Assembly: GCA_017483235.1 (NCBI GenBank)
Contig: JAFULE010000154.1
Span: forward strand, 1 to 35,975
Origin: Faecalibacterium sp.
GTDB taxonomy: Bacteria > Bacillota > Clostridia > Oscillospirales > Ruminococcaceae
Length of the DNA: 35,975 nucleotides
Direction of reading: 5' to 3'
The notes below the pieces were generated by a model. It worked only from the letters and a program-made list of their open reading frames with translations. It did no database searches and had not been told where the DNA came from. Position numbers and translations under genes: made by a program. Shown in pieces: positions 18,483 through 27,095 of this stretch (positions are counted from its first letter, which is position 1; every line of letters starts with the position of its first letter).

Positions 18483-18522
18483 AAAACGCACCCGCGGCTT
18501 TTCGGGGCCGCGGATGCGTTTT
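18483..18522 (-). terminator. Terminator of the TRAP-DUF169 operon
   Basis: AAAACGCACCCGCGGC...GCCGCGGATGCGTTTT hairpin just past the DUF169 stop. Confidence 0.75.
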
Positions 18523-18543
18523 ACGTAAAAGCTTATTGCAATG

Positions 18544-19314
18544 TTACTTCAGGTCCACATGGCTGCCGACCTCGGCGGCCATCTCCTGCCAGTGGGCCAT
18601 GCGGCGGGCCAGCTCTGCTTTGCTTTCGGCATCGTCGCGGAAGGCGATCAGGGTCCAGTCCATATTCTCCAGCGCATAGAAGAACTCGGGGATCTTCTGG
18701 AACGGCACCGAGATCATGCGCAGGCCGGCCGGGTAGGCGTGGCGGCGCTTGAGGCCGTGGTAGAAGCCGGTGGTGATGTGATTGGCCTTGCCGGTGATGA
18801 TGGGGTAGGCATACATCCACGCGCAGCTGATGACCGGCGAGGACTTGGACTCCCACAGATCGCCCGACACCCAACTGGTGGCGCGCATGATGATGTCCGC
18901 CTGAGGCAGATCGGCCACAAAGAACAGCAGATCGGGGTCAAAATCGCAGGCGGAAACCGGGGCAAACTGCACATAGCGGATGGTGCCCGGCTCCAGAATG
19001 GGCAGCTGCTGGTACAGCTGGCGGCAGCCCATGGGGGTCTGGTAGCAGCCAAAGTCGTAGCCGGCCTGGCCGCTGGCGGTAACCGGGGGCTTGTCGATCA
19101 TGCCCATGGCCATTTTGCCGTAGCACTGGTCGTCTTCCACCTGCATGTAAAAATTCTTGCCGGTGTCCTGCGCGTATTTGACAAACTGGCAGAAGGCGCA
19201 GGACGGGCCGTCGTAATGGGGCACATCCGGCTTTTCGAAGCACATTTTTACTGCAACGGCGGGGTAAGTAAGGCCAAGCTTTTCGATCAGTTCTTTTGCT
19301 TTTGCAGACAGCAT
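18544..19314 (-). CDS. DUF169-like protein (Cys-containing, uncharacterised)
   Basis: PAVAVK, CAFCQ, DDQC, FDPDLL and VISCA patterns typical of DUF169/COG2043; AAGGAG RBS before ATG 19314. Confidence 0.72.
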   Translation of the reverse strand: MLSAKAKELIEKLGLTYPAVAVKMCFEKPDVPHYDGPSCAFCQFVKYAQDTGKNFYMQVEDDQCYGKMAMGMIDKPPVTASGQAGYDFGCYQTPMGCRQLYQQLPILEPGTIRYVQFAPVSACDFDPDLLFFVADLPQADIIMRATSWVSGDLWESKSSPVISCAWMYAYPIITGKANHITTGFYHGLKRRHAYPAGLRMISVPFQKIPEFFYALENMDWTLIAFRDDAESKAELARRMAHWQEMAAEVGSHVDLK

Positions 19315-19408
19315 AATACAGGGCTCCTTTCGTAAAAAAGCAGGGCGGGGCTGCCTGCCACACACAGGCAGCCCCGCCCCCGGCAAGGAATATTATACCA
19401 GAAAAAGA

Positions 19409-20701
19409 TCAGGCTTTCAGCGAATTTAGCAAATCGGGCAGGAACGTGGAGATTTCGGGCACAAAGCCAATGATGACCAGCGAGATGATCAGGCCCAGCA
19501 GGAAGGGCAGGGCCGCCTTGACGATTTTGTCCATCGAAAGGCCGGTCAGTGACGAAGCCACAAACAGGTTGGCGGCCACCGGCGGGGTGACGAAGGCGAT
19601 GGCCAGGGCAACCACCATGACGATGCCGAAGTGCAAGGGGTTCAGACCCACCTGTGCACCAACCGCCAGCAGAACCGGCGAGAAGATGACGATGGCGGGG
19701 GTGGTCTGGATGAACATGCCAATGATGAACAGGATCACATAGATGATGCTCATGATGACATAGTAGTTGGTGGAGATAGAGGCGAAGAACTCGCTGATGG
19801 CGGTGGTCACGTTCATGTAGGCAAACACGGTGCCCAGCGCGGTGGCGGGGGCCACGGTAAGCATCAGGCCGCCGTTGAAGGTCATGTTATCGGCAAAGAT
19901 CTTCCACAGGCTTTTCAGGGTAAAGGCCTTGTAGATGAAGCAGCCCACAAACAGGCCGTACACGGTGGCCACCACAGCAGCCTCGGTGGCGGTGAAGATA
20001 CCGCTGTAAATGCCGCCCAGAATGATGACCGGCATCAGAATGGCCCACTTGGCATCCCACAGGGCAGAAAGGAATTCCTTCATCGAGAACTTCTGGGTGC
20101 CCTTCCAGCCGTTTTTCTTGCTGATAAAGTAGTTAAACAGCATCAGGATCACGCCGATCAGCAGGGCGGGGATGAAACCAGCCATGAACAGATCGCCGAT
20201 GGACTCGTTGTTGGTAACAGCATAGATGACCATGGGGTAGCTGGGCGGCACGATGATGCCCAGACCGCCGGCGCAGGCCACCAGACCGGCTGCATAGTAC
20301 TTATTGTAGCCAGCACGGATCATTTCGGGGATCATGATGGCGCCAATGGCGGCACAGGTGGCAGGGGCCGAGCCAGACACCGCGCCAAAGAACATGCAGG
20401 CCAGAACGGTGACCATGCCCAGCGAGCCGGTAACGTTGCCCACGATGCTGTTGGCCAGACGAACCAGACGCTTGCTGAGGCCGCCCACGTCCATGATGGT
20501 GCCCGAGATCATAAAGAACGGAATGGCCAGCATGGTAAAGCTGCCGGCGCCGGAATACAGGCACTGCAGAATGGAGGCCATCGAGGTGGAAACACCGCCG
20601 CTGAGGATGACCAGCATGCAGGGGATGATCAGGCACAAGCCAATGGGCACGCCGATCATCATCAGAATTGCCAGAGAGCCAAACAAAATTGCAACATGCA
20701 T
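19409..20701 (-). CDS. dctM: TRAP transporter large permease (DctM)
   Basis: AIPFF, FGAVSGS, IVPPS, FTATEAA, TPPVAANL motifs. Confidence 0.95.
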   Translation of the reverse strand: MHVAILFGSLAILMMIGVPIGLCLIIPCMLVILSGGVSTSMASILQCLYSGAGSFTMLAIPFFMISGTIMDVGGLSKRLVRLANSIVGNVTGSLGMVTVLACMFFGAVSGSAPATCAAIGAIMIPEMIRAGYNKYYAAGLVACAGGLGIIVPPSYPMVIYAVTNNESIGDLFMAGFIPALLIGVILMLFNYFISKKNGWKGTQKFSMKEFLSALWDAKWAILMPVIILGGIYSGIFTATEAAVVATVYGLFVGCFIYKAFTLKSLWKIFADNMTFNGGLMLTVAPATALGTVFAYMNVTTAISEFFASISTNYYVIMSIIYVILFIIGMFIQTTPAIVIFSPVLLAVGAQVGLNPLHFGIVMVVALAIAFVTPPVAANLFVASSLTGLSMDKIVKAALPFLLGLIISLVIIGFVPEISTFLPDLLNSLKA

Positions 20702-21279
20702 CAGACTTTGCCCTCCTTTTCACGCAGCGCGGCAGCCTCGGCTTCCAGCGCTTCAATGTCGATGGCAGGCTTGGAGGCGCCCAGCTCTTTGGGGGATTCC
20801 TTGCTGAGGCGGATGATGTTGAACACCAAGCGCACGCAGGCCAGCACCAGCATGACCGGAACGATCATGTACAGCAGGTTGCGGGGGATGCGCAGCAGCG
20901 AGGTTTTGCTTTTGCCCAAAGAGGGGATCAGCTTATCGACATAAATATAAGCAACGTACAGGTTGAAGAGGATAAAGATCACATCGCTGATCATCAGCAT
21001 GACCTTTTTGGCCACAAAAGGCACCGCTTCCAGCAAAGCGTCGATGCGCAGATGCTTGCGCTTGGTAACTGCCGAAGATACGCCGCAGTACACCATGCCA
21101 ACGAACATGGCGCTGGACAGCTCTTCGGTCCAGGTAAAGGAGTGGTTCAGCACAAAGCGGCTGAACACCTGCAGGGTCAGCAGGATCATGATCAGGATAA
21201 ACAGCACCGTGCCGATGTACTCTTCAAAGTTGTTCAGCAGGTGGATCGCAAGTTCTTTCTTGCTTTTCTTCTCTTGCAT
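20701..21279 (-). CDS. dctQ: TRAP transporter small permease (DctQ)
   Basis: Four TM segments, QVFSRF, WTEEL, HLRID; stop/start overlap with dctM. Confidence 0.93.
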   Translation of the reverse strand: MQEKKSKKELAIHLLNNFEEYIGTVLFILIMILLTLQVFSRFVLNHSFTWTEELSSAMFVGMVYCGVSSAVTKRKHLRIDALLEAVPFVAKKVMLMISDVIFILFNLYVAYIYVDKLIPSLGKSKTSLLRIPRNLLYMIVPVMLVLACVRLVFNIIRLSKESPKELGASKPAIDIEALEAEAAALREKEGKV

Positions 21280-21314
21280 AGAAAGAGATCTCCTTTCTTA
21301 AGGAAGTAAAATCG

Positions 21315-21352
21315 GTCTGCCGCAAAGCAGGCATTCCCGCTTTGCGGCAGAC
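21315..21352. other. Intercistronic hairpin after dctP (likely mRNA stabiliser or attenuator)
   Basis: GTCTGCCGCAAAGC / GCTTTGCGGCAGAC 14-bp stem without a U-tract. Confidence 0.6.
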
Positions 21353-21366
21353 AGTGGGGAACGCTT

Positions 21367-22446
21367 TTACTTGGCGGCGTCAACGGTGGCCATCAGTTCG
21401 TTCCACTTGTCGTCGCCCATCGACTTCTTGATGGTTTCCCAGGTGGGGGCAACCGCATCCTGGAAGGCGGCCATTTCGGCGTCGCTCAGCTCGTAGAACT
21501 TCATGCCGGCAGCTTCCAGCGTAGCCTGGGCTTCCTTCTCGGCCTCGGCCAAACGGGCGCGGCTCTGCTCGGTGGCGGCCTTGTTGGCGGCTTCCACAGC
21601 GGCCTTCTGCTTGTCGCTCAGGCTGTTGTAGAAGTCCACATTCATAAAGAACAGGGTGGTGGTGTAGCTGTGGCGGGTCAGGGTGCAGTACTGCTGCACC
21701 TCGTAGTACTTCTGCGAGTTGATGGTGGTCAGGGGGTTCTCCTGTGCGTCGACCATCTTGGTCTGCAGGGCGCTGAACAGCTCGCTGATGGACATGGGGG
21801 TAACCGAGCAGCCCAGATCCTCGAAGCTGGCGATCTGCACCGCGTCGGTCATGGTGCGGATCTTCAGGCCCTTCATATCGGCGGGGCTCTTGATCTCGCC
21901 CTTGGAGTTGGTCACATGGCGGTAGCCGATGTCGGCGTAGCACAGGGGGATAACATTCACTTCGTCCAGCACCTGCTGCTTCATGCCGTCGCCGAACTCG
22001 CTGTCCATCACGGCGTGCACCAGGCTGAAGTCGGTGTACAGATAGGGCACGTTCAGGGCGGCGAAGGCGTCGGTGTAATCGCCCCAGGAGCCGGTGTTCA
22101 GCTGGGACATTTCAAACGAACCGGTCAGCAGGCCGGACAGGGTGGCTTCGGTGCCGCTGGCCAGGGTGCTGCCGGGGTAGATCTCGATGGTGATGCTGCC
22201 GCCGGATTCCTTTTCACAGGTTTCTTTCCAGGTGTTGATGGCGATGGACATGGGGGTGTTGTTGCCCTTGATCTCGGCCTCGCTGACCGAGCTGGCCCAC
22301 TTGATGGTTACGGGCTTTTCTTCCACGGTACCGCCGCCGGAGGCTGCGGGCGCAGAGGAGGAAGAGCCGCCGCAGGCGGCCAGAACACCGGTAGCGGCCA
22401 CAGCGCCTGCGGCCATCAGGAACGAACGACGAGAGATCTTCTTCAT
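21367..22446 (-). CDS. dctP: TRAP substrate-binding lipoprotein (DctP)
   Basis: MKKISRRSFL leader with LAAC lipobox; GYRH, GLKIRT (conserved carboxylate-binding Arg), DAQENP. Confidence 0.93.
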   Translation of the reverse strand: MKKISRRSFLMAAGAVAATGVLAACGGSSSSAPAASGGGTVEEKPVTIKWASSVSEAEIKGNNTPMSIAINTWKETCEKESGGSITIEIYPGSTLASGTEATLSGLLTGSFEMSQLNTGSWGDYTDAFAALNVPYLYTDFSLVHAVMDSEFGDGMKQQVLDEVNVIPLCYADIGYRHVTNSKGEIKSPADMKGLKIRTMTDAVQIASFEDLGCSVTPMSISELFSALQTKMVDAQENPLTTINSQKYYEVQQYCTLTRHSYTTTLFFMNVDFYNSLSDKQKAAVEAANKAATEQSRARLAEAEKEAQATLEAAGMKFYELSDAEMAAFQDAVAPTWETIKKSMGDDKWNELMATVDAAK

Positions 22447-22538
22447 AACAATTCTCCTTCTTACTTGCAAATGCGAGCTTTGCTTTGCATTGATTTGTTG
22501 AACCGTACTTAACCCGGCCGCTCGGTAACAGTTGCCTA

Positions 22539-22581
22539 CCTGTTATACAGGCATACTACCACACGCTTTTTTTGATTGCAA
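22539..22581 (-). promoter_or_regulatory. dctP promoter with FadR-type operator
   Basis: Minus strand TTGCAA, 17 bp spacer, TG-G-TAGTAT, then CCTGTATAACAGG (22551-22539). Confidence 0.7.
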
Positions 22582-22710
22582 TAGGATATGCTTTATTTTG
22601 TTAAATTTCCCAGAAAATTGTCGTTTTCGCTGTGTGAAATGAATAACAAGCAATCTTATCCCACACCGTATTTTTTGCCCCCCCGTTCATAAAAAAACTG
22701 CAAACAACCG

Positions 22711-22770
22711 TTGCAAAAGCTGTCATCTGCCTGTATAATAGGATAAAAAGATGTCCAGTTGTATTACAAC
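22711..22770 (+). promoter_or_regulatory. GntR gene promoter with two operator boxes
   Basis: TTGCAA, 17 bp spacer, TATAAT; CCTGTATAATAGG (22730-22742) overlaps the -10; GTTGTATTACAAC at 22758-22770. Confidence 0.7.
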
Positions 22771-22790
22771 TTGCCAGGAGGATGCATCCC

Positions 22791-23522
22791 GTGCCCAAAC
22801 TTCAACGTCAAAGCCTGACCGACCAGATCTTCGATTATGTACAGCAGAAGATCCTTTCCGGCGAATGGAAAGCCGGCGAAAAGATCCCGTCCGAAACCGA
22901 ACTGGCTGCCCAGCTGGGGGTAAGCCGCATGTCCATCCGCGCCGCGCTGCAGCGCTGCAATGCCATCGGCTTTACCGAAACAAGGGTGGGCGACGGCACC
23001 TATGTGCTGGATTTCAGCATGCAGACCTATTTTCGCACCCTGTTTGATTTTAACATTTTAGAGTCCAGCTACGAGCAGCTGAACGAATTCCGCATGATTC
23101 TGCAGATCGGCAGCATGCGGCTGGCGCTGCTGCGGGGCGATGACCTGACCGAGGACATTGCCGAGCTGGCCCGTATTACCGGCAAGATGGAGGCCTATCT
23201 GGCTGCCGGCAATTACGAGGCCTTTGCCGAAGAGGACTTCCAATTCCACCAGCGGGTGTGCAACCTTTCGCACAACACCTTTATCGCCTCGCTGTACGAA
23301 GCCATTTCCCAAAGCTTTTTCGATGCGGCCCGCGCCAACATGAACCACAGCATCAGCCACAATAAATCGTCGGATATGGTCATCCGGTTCCACCGCGACA
23401 TTCTGGACGGCCTGCGGGAAAAGGATCTGGACAAGTGCATTCGCACTGAGATCGCGGCTCTGCAGCGCAACTATCAGTATTACGGCAAGAAAGACCACGC
23501 CAACAAAATTCTGGTGCTGTGA
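22791..23522 (+). CDS. GntR family, FadR subfamily transcriptional regulator
   Basis: KIPSETELAAQLGVSRMSIRAAL HTH, GDGTYV, DFQFH FCD-domain motif; GTG 22791 is better spaced from AGGAGG than ATG 22782. Confidence 0.92.
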   Translation: MPKLQRQSLTDQIFDYVQQKILSGEWKAGEKIPSETELAAQLGVSRMSIRAALQRCNAIGFTETRVGDGTYVLDFSMQTYFRTLFDFNILESSYEQLNEFRMILQIGSMRLALLRGDDLTEDIAELARITGKMEAYLAAGNYEAFAEEDFQFHQRVCNLSHNTFIASLYEAISQSFFDAARANMNHSISHNKSSDMVIRFHRDILDGLREKDLDKCIRTEIAALQRNYQYYGKKDHANKILVL

Positions 23523-23544
23523 TCCCCCTATAAATACCCCAACA

Positions 23545-23589
23545 GCGGAAAGATTTGTAGCATCTGCCAAATCTTTCCGCCGTTTTTTT
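23545..23589 (+). terminator. Terminator after the GntR gene
   Basis: GCGGAAAGATTTG...CAAATCTTTCCGC followed by a T7 run. Confidence 0.75.
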
Positions 23590-23601
23590 ATTATTTGACC
23601 G

Positions 23602-23645
23602 TTGACAAAGGGCATTCGCATTTTGTAGTATACTTGTATAACAAC
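23602..23645 (+). promoter_or_regulatory. Dehydratase promoter with FadR-type operator
   Basis: TTGACA, 18 bp spacer, TAGTAT, then CTTGTATAACAAC (23633-23645). Confidence 0.7.
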
Positions 23646-23711
23646 CTGACAGCATCACTCGGATCAGTTTGCCTGCCTGACTTCGAATCTATGTTGAAAG
23701 GTGTGTTTTAA

Positions 23712-24902
23712 TTGAAGATCACGAGTGTAGACGTATTTGAATGCAAGCCTACCAAGATGAACGACCGCGTTGTAGTAATGCGTGTAAATACCGACGAAGG
23801 TATTTCCGGCTACGGCGAAGTTGGTCTTGCCTACGGCAAAGCGCATTACGCCGCCGTTGGCATTGCCCGTGACTATGGCGAAATTCTGATCGGCCGCGAC
23901 CCCATGCAGGTGGAGGCTACCTGGGAGCATATCTTCCGTTCCACCTTCTGGGGCATGGGCGGCGGCACCGTTATCAACGCCGGCATGTCTGCTGTGGATA
24001 CTGCCCTGTGGGACATCCGCGGCAAGGCCCTGAACAAGCCCGTGTACGAGCTGCTGGGCGGCAAAACCAATCCCGAGCTGCGCGCCTATGCCAGCCAGCT
24101 GCAGTTTGACTGGGCCGACGAGCACCGCTGCCTGACCGAGCCCGAGCAGTATGCCGAAGCCACCCGCAAGGCCATGGCCGAAGGCTACACCGCCATTAAG
24201 GTAGACCCCATCGGCGTGACCATGGAGGCCAAGTGGGCCCGCGAAGCCATGAACCCCAACTGGCGGATGCGCGGCGTGCTGAACGACAAGATGCTGAAGA
24301 TTTGCTACGATCGCGTGGCAGCCATGCGCGAAGCCGGCGGCCCCGATCTGGACATCATCATCGAGGTGCACTCTTACACCGACACCAACACCGCCATTCA
24401 GCTGGCACAGGTGCTGGAACCCCTGAACATCTACTATCTGGAAGAGCCTGTCCATCCGCTGAACGTCGAGTCCTTTGTTGAAATCCGCAAAAAGACCAAC
24501 ATTCCTCTGGCCACCGGCGAGCGTACCTACACCCGCTGGGGCTTCCGCGAATTCCTCGAAAAGCGTGCGCTGCAGGTCATTCAGCCCGACCTGTGCATCA
24601 CCGGCGGCATCAGCGAAACCAAGAAGATCTGCGACATGGCCAACATCTACGACTGCGGCGTGCAGCTGCATGTCTGCGGCGGCCCCATCTCCACTGCGGC
24701 AGCCCTGCAGGTGGAAGCGGTCATTCCCAACTTCCTGATCCACGAAGTGCACGAAGGCGCCATCAAGAAGGATATGCGCGCCATGGGTAAGTACGACATT
24801 ATGCCGGTAAGCGGTGAGTACATCGTGCCCGACCGCCCCGGTATCGGTCAGGAACTGAGCGAAAAGGCCATGGCCGAAGCCACCGTGTACACCATCAAGT
24901 AA
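23712..24902 (+). CDS. Enolase superfamily, mandelate racemase subgroup acid-sugar dehydratase (galactonate dehydratase-like)
   Basis: SAVDTALWDIRGK, KVD, IIEVH, EEP, TGER, QPD, LHVCGGP, PGIG motifs; TTG start after GAAAGG. Confidence 0.9.
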   Translation: MKITSVDVFECKPTKMNDRVVVMRVNTDEGISGYGEVGLAYGKAHYAAVGIARDYGEILIGRDPMQVEATWEHIFRSTFWGMGGGTVINAGMSAVDTALWDIRGKALNKPVYELLGGKTNPELRAYASQLQFDWADEHRCLTEPEQYAEATRKAMAEGYTAIKVDPIGVTMEAKWAREAMNPNWRMRGVLNDKMLKICYDRVAAMREAGGPDLDIIIEVHSYTDTNTAIQLAQVLEPLNIYYLEEPVHPLNVESFVEIRKKTNIPLATGERTYTRWGFREFLEKRALQVIQPDLCITGGISETKKICDMANIYDCGVQLHVCGGPISTAAALQVEAVIPNFLIHEVHEGAIKKDMRAMGKYDIMPVSGEYIVPDRPGIGQELSEKAMAEATVYTIK

Positions 24903-24924
24903 GGTTTTCTCCTTTCTTTTTCTC

Positions 24925-24962
24925 AAAAGCCGCCCCCGGTCCAGCGGACCGGGGGCGGTTTT
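24925..24962. terminator. Bidirectional terminator
   Basis: AAAAGCCGCCCCCGGTCC / GGACCGGGGGCGGTTTT. Confidence 0.8.
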
Positions 24963-24969
24963 GCTTGCT

Positions 24970-25896
24970 TCAGTTCAGTTCGGCCAGATATTCCTCGGCA
25001 CTGTGCACCGCCACGGCGCCGTCGGCCACCGCGGTGACCACCTGCCGCAGCTGCTTGGTGCGCACATCCCCCACCGCGTACACGCCGGGCAGGCTGGCGC
25101 GGGTGGTTTCGTCGGCCAGAATGTAACCGGCGTCGTCCAGCTGCAGCTGGCCCTTTACCAGCTCGGTGGCCGGCTGCCGGCCCACGCTGACAAACACACC
25201 GTCGCAGGGCAGCAGGCTTTCTTCGCCGGTCAGCCGGTCTTTCACCGTCACGCCGGTCAGCTTGCTTTCCGCCTGCAGGGCAACAACCTCGCTGTTCCAG
25301 CGGAATTCGATGTTTTGGGCCTTCATCAAGGGCTGGTGATACACCTTGGTGGCCCGCAGGGTGTCGCGCCGGTGCACAAGGATCACCTTTTCGGCCACCC
25401 GGCTCAGCAGCAGGGCGTCGGCCGCGGCCGAGTTGCCGCCGCCCACCACCACCACCGTTTTGCCCCGGTACTGCATGCCGTCGCAGGCAGCGCAGTAGTT
25501 TACGCCCCGGCCGGTCAGCTCCTGCTCGCGGGGCAGGCCCAGATGCCGGGGGTTGGCGCCGGTGGCAATGACCACCGTGCGGGCGTAAAAATCGCCCTCG
25601 CTGGTGTACACCACCTTGGGGCTGGCAGCCAGATCCACTGCCAGCACCTCGGCCAGCTCGGTCACGGCGCCGAACCGCTCGGCCCCCTGCTGCATCCTTT
25701 CGCCCAGGGTAAAGCCGTCCACCCCCTGCTCAAAGCCGGGGTAATTGTCGATCTGCTCGGTCAGGGCCATCTGGCCGCCGGCCGACAGCTTTTCCACCAC
25801 AAGGGTGCTCAGCCCGGCACGGGCCGCATACAGGGCGGCCGTATAACCGCCGGGGCCGCCGCCAATGATGATCATATCATAAATTTTGTTGGCCAT
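24970..25896 (-). CDS. trxB: Thioredoxin-disulfide reductase
   Basis: GGGPGG FAD motif, CAAC redox site, GGGNSA, HRRD, AVGDV. Confidence 0.95.
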   Translation of the reverse strand: MANKIYDMIIIGGGPGGYTAALYAARAGLSTLVVEKLSAGGQMALTEQIDNYPGFEQGVDGFTLGERMQQGAERFGAVTELAEVLAVDLAASPKVVYTSEGDFYARTVVIATGANPRHLGLPREQELTGRGVNYCAACDGMQYRGKTVVVVGGGNSAAADALLLSRVAEKVILVHRRDTLRATKVYHQPLMKAQNIEFRWNSEVVALQAESKLTGVTVKDRLTGEESLLPCDGVFVSVGRQPATELVKGQLQLDDAGYILADETTRASLPGVYAVGDVRTKQLRQVVTAVADGAVAVHSAEEYLAELN

Positions 25897-25924
25897 GGGG
25901 TGTCTCCTTTTCCCGGGAAATTGA

Positions 25925-26248
25925 TCACAGACCCAGCTTTTCCTGTAAAAAAGCGTCGATGGCAGCCTTCGAGCCGGGGGCTACGATGGAACCCAGAGCT
26001 TCGCCGCCGCGGTAGAGCACCAGCGTGGGCAGCACTTCGATCTTCTGCTGGGCGGCAAGGTCGGGCTCTTCGTCCACATTTACCTTGACCACCTCTACCC
26101 TGCCGGCGTATTGCTCGACCACCTTGTCGTAGGCGGGGCCTATGCGGCGGCAGTAGCCGCACCATGGGGCCCAGAAGTCCACCAGAACGGGAAGCTCACC
26201 CTTCATCAATTCTTCAAAACGGATCTTATCAATATTTACAGCAGCCAT
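25925..26248 (-). CDS. trxA: Thioredoxin (WCGYC active site)
   Basis: LVDFWAPWCGYC, VNVDE, LPT; AAGGAG RBS before ATG 26248. Confidence 0.9.
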   Translation of the reverse strand: MAAVNIDKIRFEELMKGELPVLVDFWAPWCGYCRRIGPAYDKVVEQYAGRVEVVKVNVDEEPDLAAQQKIEVLPTLVLYRGGEALGSIVAPGSKAAIDAFLQEKLGL

Positions 26249-26311
26249 TGTTTCTGCTCCTTTCATTTTATGGGGTTTTGTTTGAGTACAGTATATCCCT
26301 TTTCGTTCCGT

Positions 26312-26336
26312 TTTTTCGTGACCTTATCACCAAAAA
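26312..26336. promoter_or_regulatory. Candidate Crp/Fnr-family binding site
   Basis: TTTTTCGTGA-CCTTA-TCACCAAAAA palindrome between the divergent trxA and crp/fnr genes. Confidence 0.55.
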
Positions 26337-26352
26337 CGTTGCAGTGGCTGAA

Positions 26353-26381
26353 TTGACACCCGGCCAAAACCGTTCTATACT
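26353..26381 (+). promoter_or_regulatory. Promoter of crp/fnr-ZIP
   Basis: TTGACA, 17 bp spacer, TATACT. Confidence 0.75.
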
Positions 26382-26410
26382 GAAATCACCATTCCGGGGA
26401 GGTACCCATC

Positions 26411-27070
26411 ATGGATTTTGCCGAATATTTTCCGATTTGGAATAAGCTGACCGAAGCCCAGCAGCAGCACCTGCTTTCGGTCAGCCATCCCATGCAGGCC
26501 AAAGCCGGCACGGTGGTGCACCGGGGCGGGGCCGATTGTCTGGGGCTGCTGCTGATCAAATCTGGCCAGCTGCGGGTATTCACCCTTTCGGGCGAGGGGC
26601 GCGAGATCACCCTGTACCGCCTGTTCGAATACGACATCTGCCTGTTTTCGGCCAGCTGCGTGATGCCCAATGTGCAGTTTGATGTGATCGTGGAAGCCGA
26701 AAAGGACACCGAGCTGTGGGTGATCCCCAGCTGCCTGTTCAAAAACCTGATGGATGAATCGCTGCCGGTGGCAAAGTACGCCAACGAACTGATCAGCAGC
26801 CGTTTTTCCGAGGTGATGTGGCTGATGGATCAGATCATGTGGAAAAGCTTTGACAAGCGGCTGGCCGGCTTTTTGCTGGAAGAAAGCGCGCTGGAGGGCA
26901 CCACTGCCCTGCGGCTGACCCACGAAAAAATTGCCAACCACATGGGCACCGCCCGCGAGGTAGTGACCCGGATGCTGCGGTATTTCCAGAACGAGGGCAT
27001 GGTGCGGCTGACCCGCGGCGCGGTGGAGCTGACCGACCAACCCCGGCTGCGGCAGCTGGCCGGCGATTGA
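26411..27070 (+). CDS. Crp/Fnr family transcriptional regulator
   Basis: cNMP-like domain (SGQLRV...GREITL) and LTHEKIANHMGTAREVVTRML HTH; several Cys. Confidence 0.92.
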   Translation: MDFAEYFPIWNKLTEAQQQHLLSVSHPMQAKAGTVVHRGGADCLGLLLIKSGQLRVFTLSGEGREITLYRLFEYDICLFSASCVMPNVQFDVIVEAEKDTELWVIPSCLFKNLMDESLPVAKYANELISSRFSEVMWLMDQIMWKSFDKRLAGFLLEESALEGTTALRLTHEKIANHMGTAREVVTRMLRYFQNEGMVRLTRGAVELTDQPRLRQLAGD

Positions 27071-27095
27071 CAAATTGTAATTTTTAGAGGTTATT

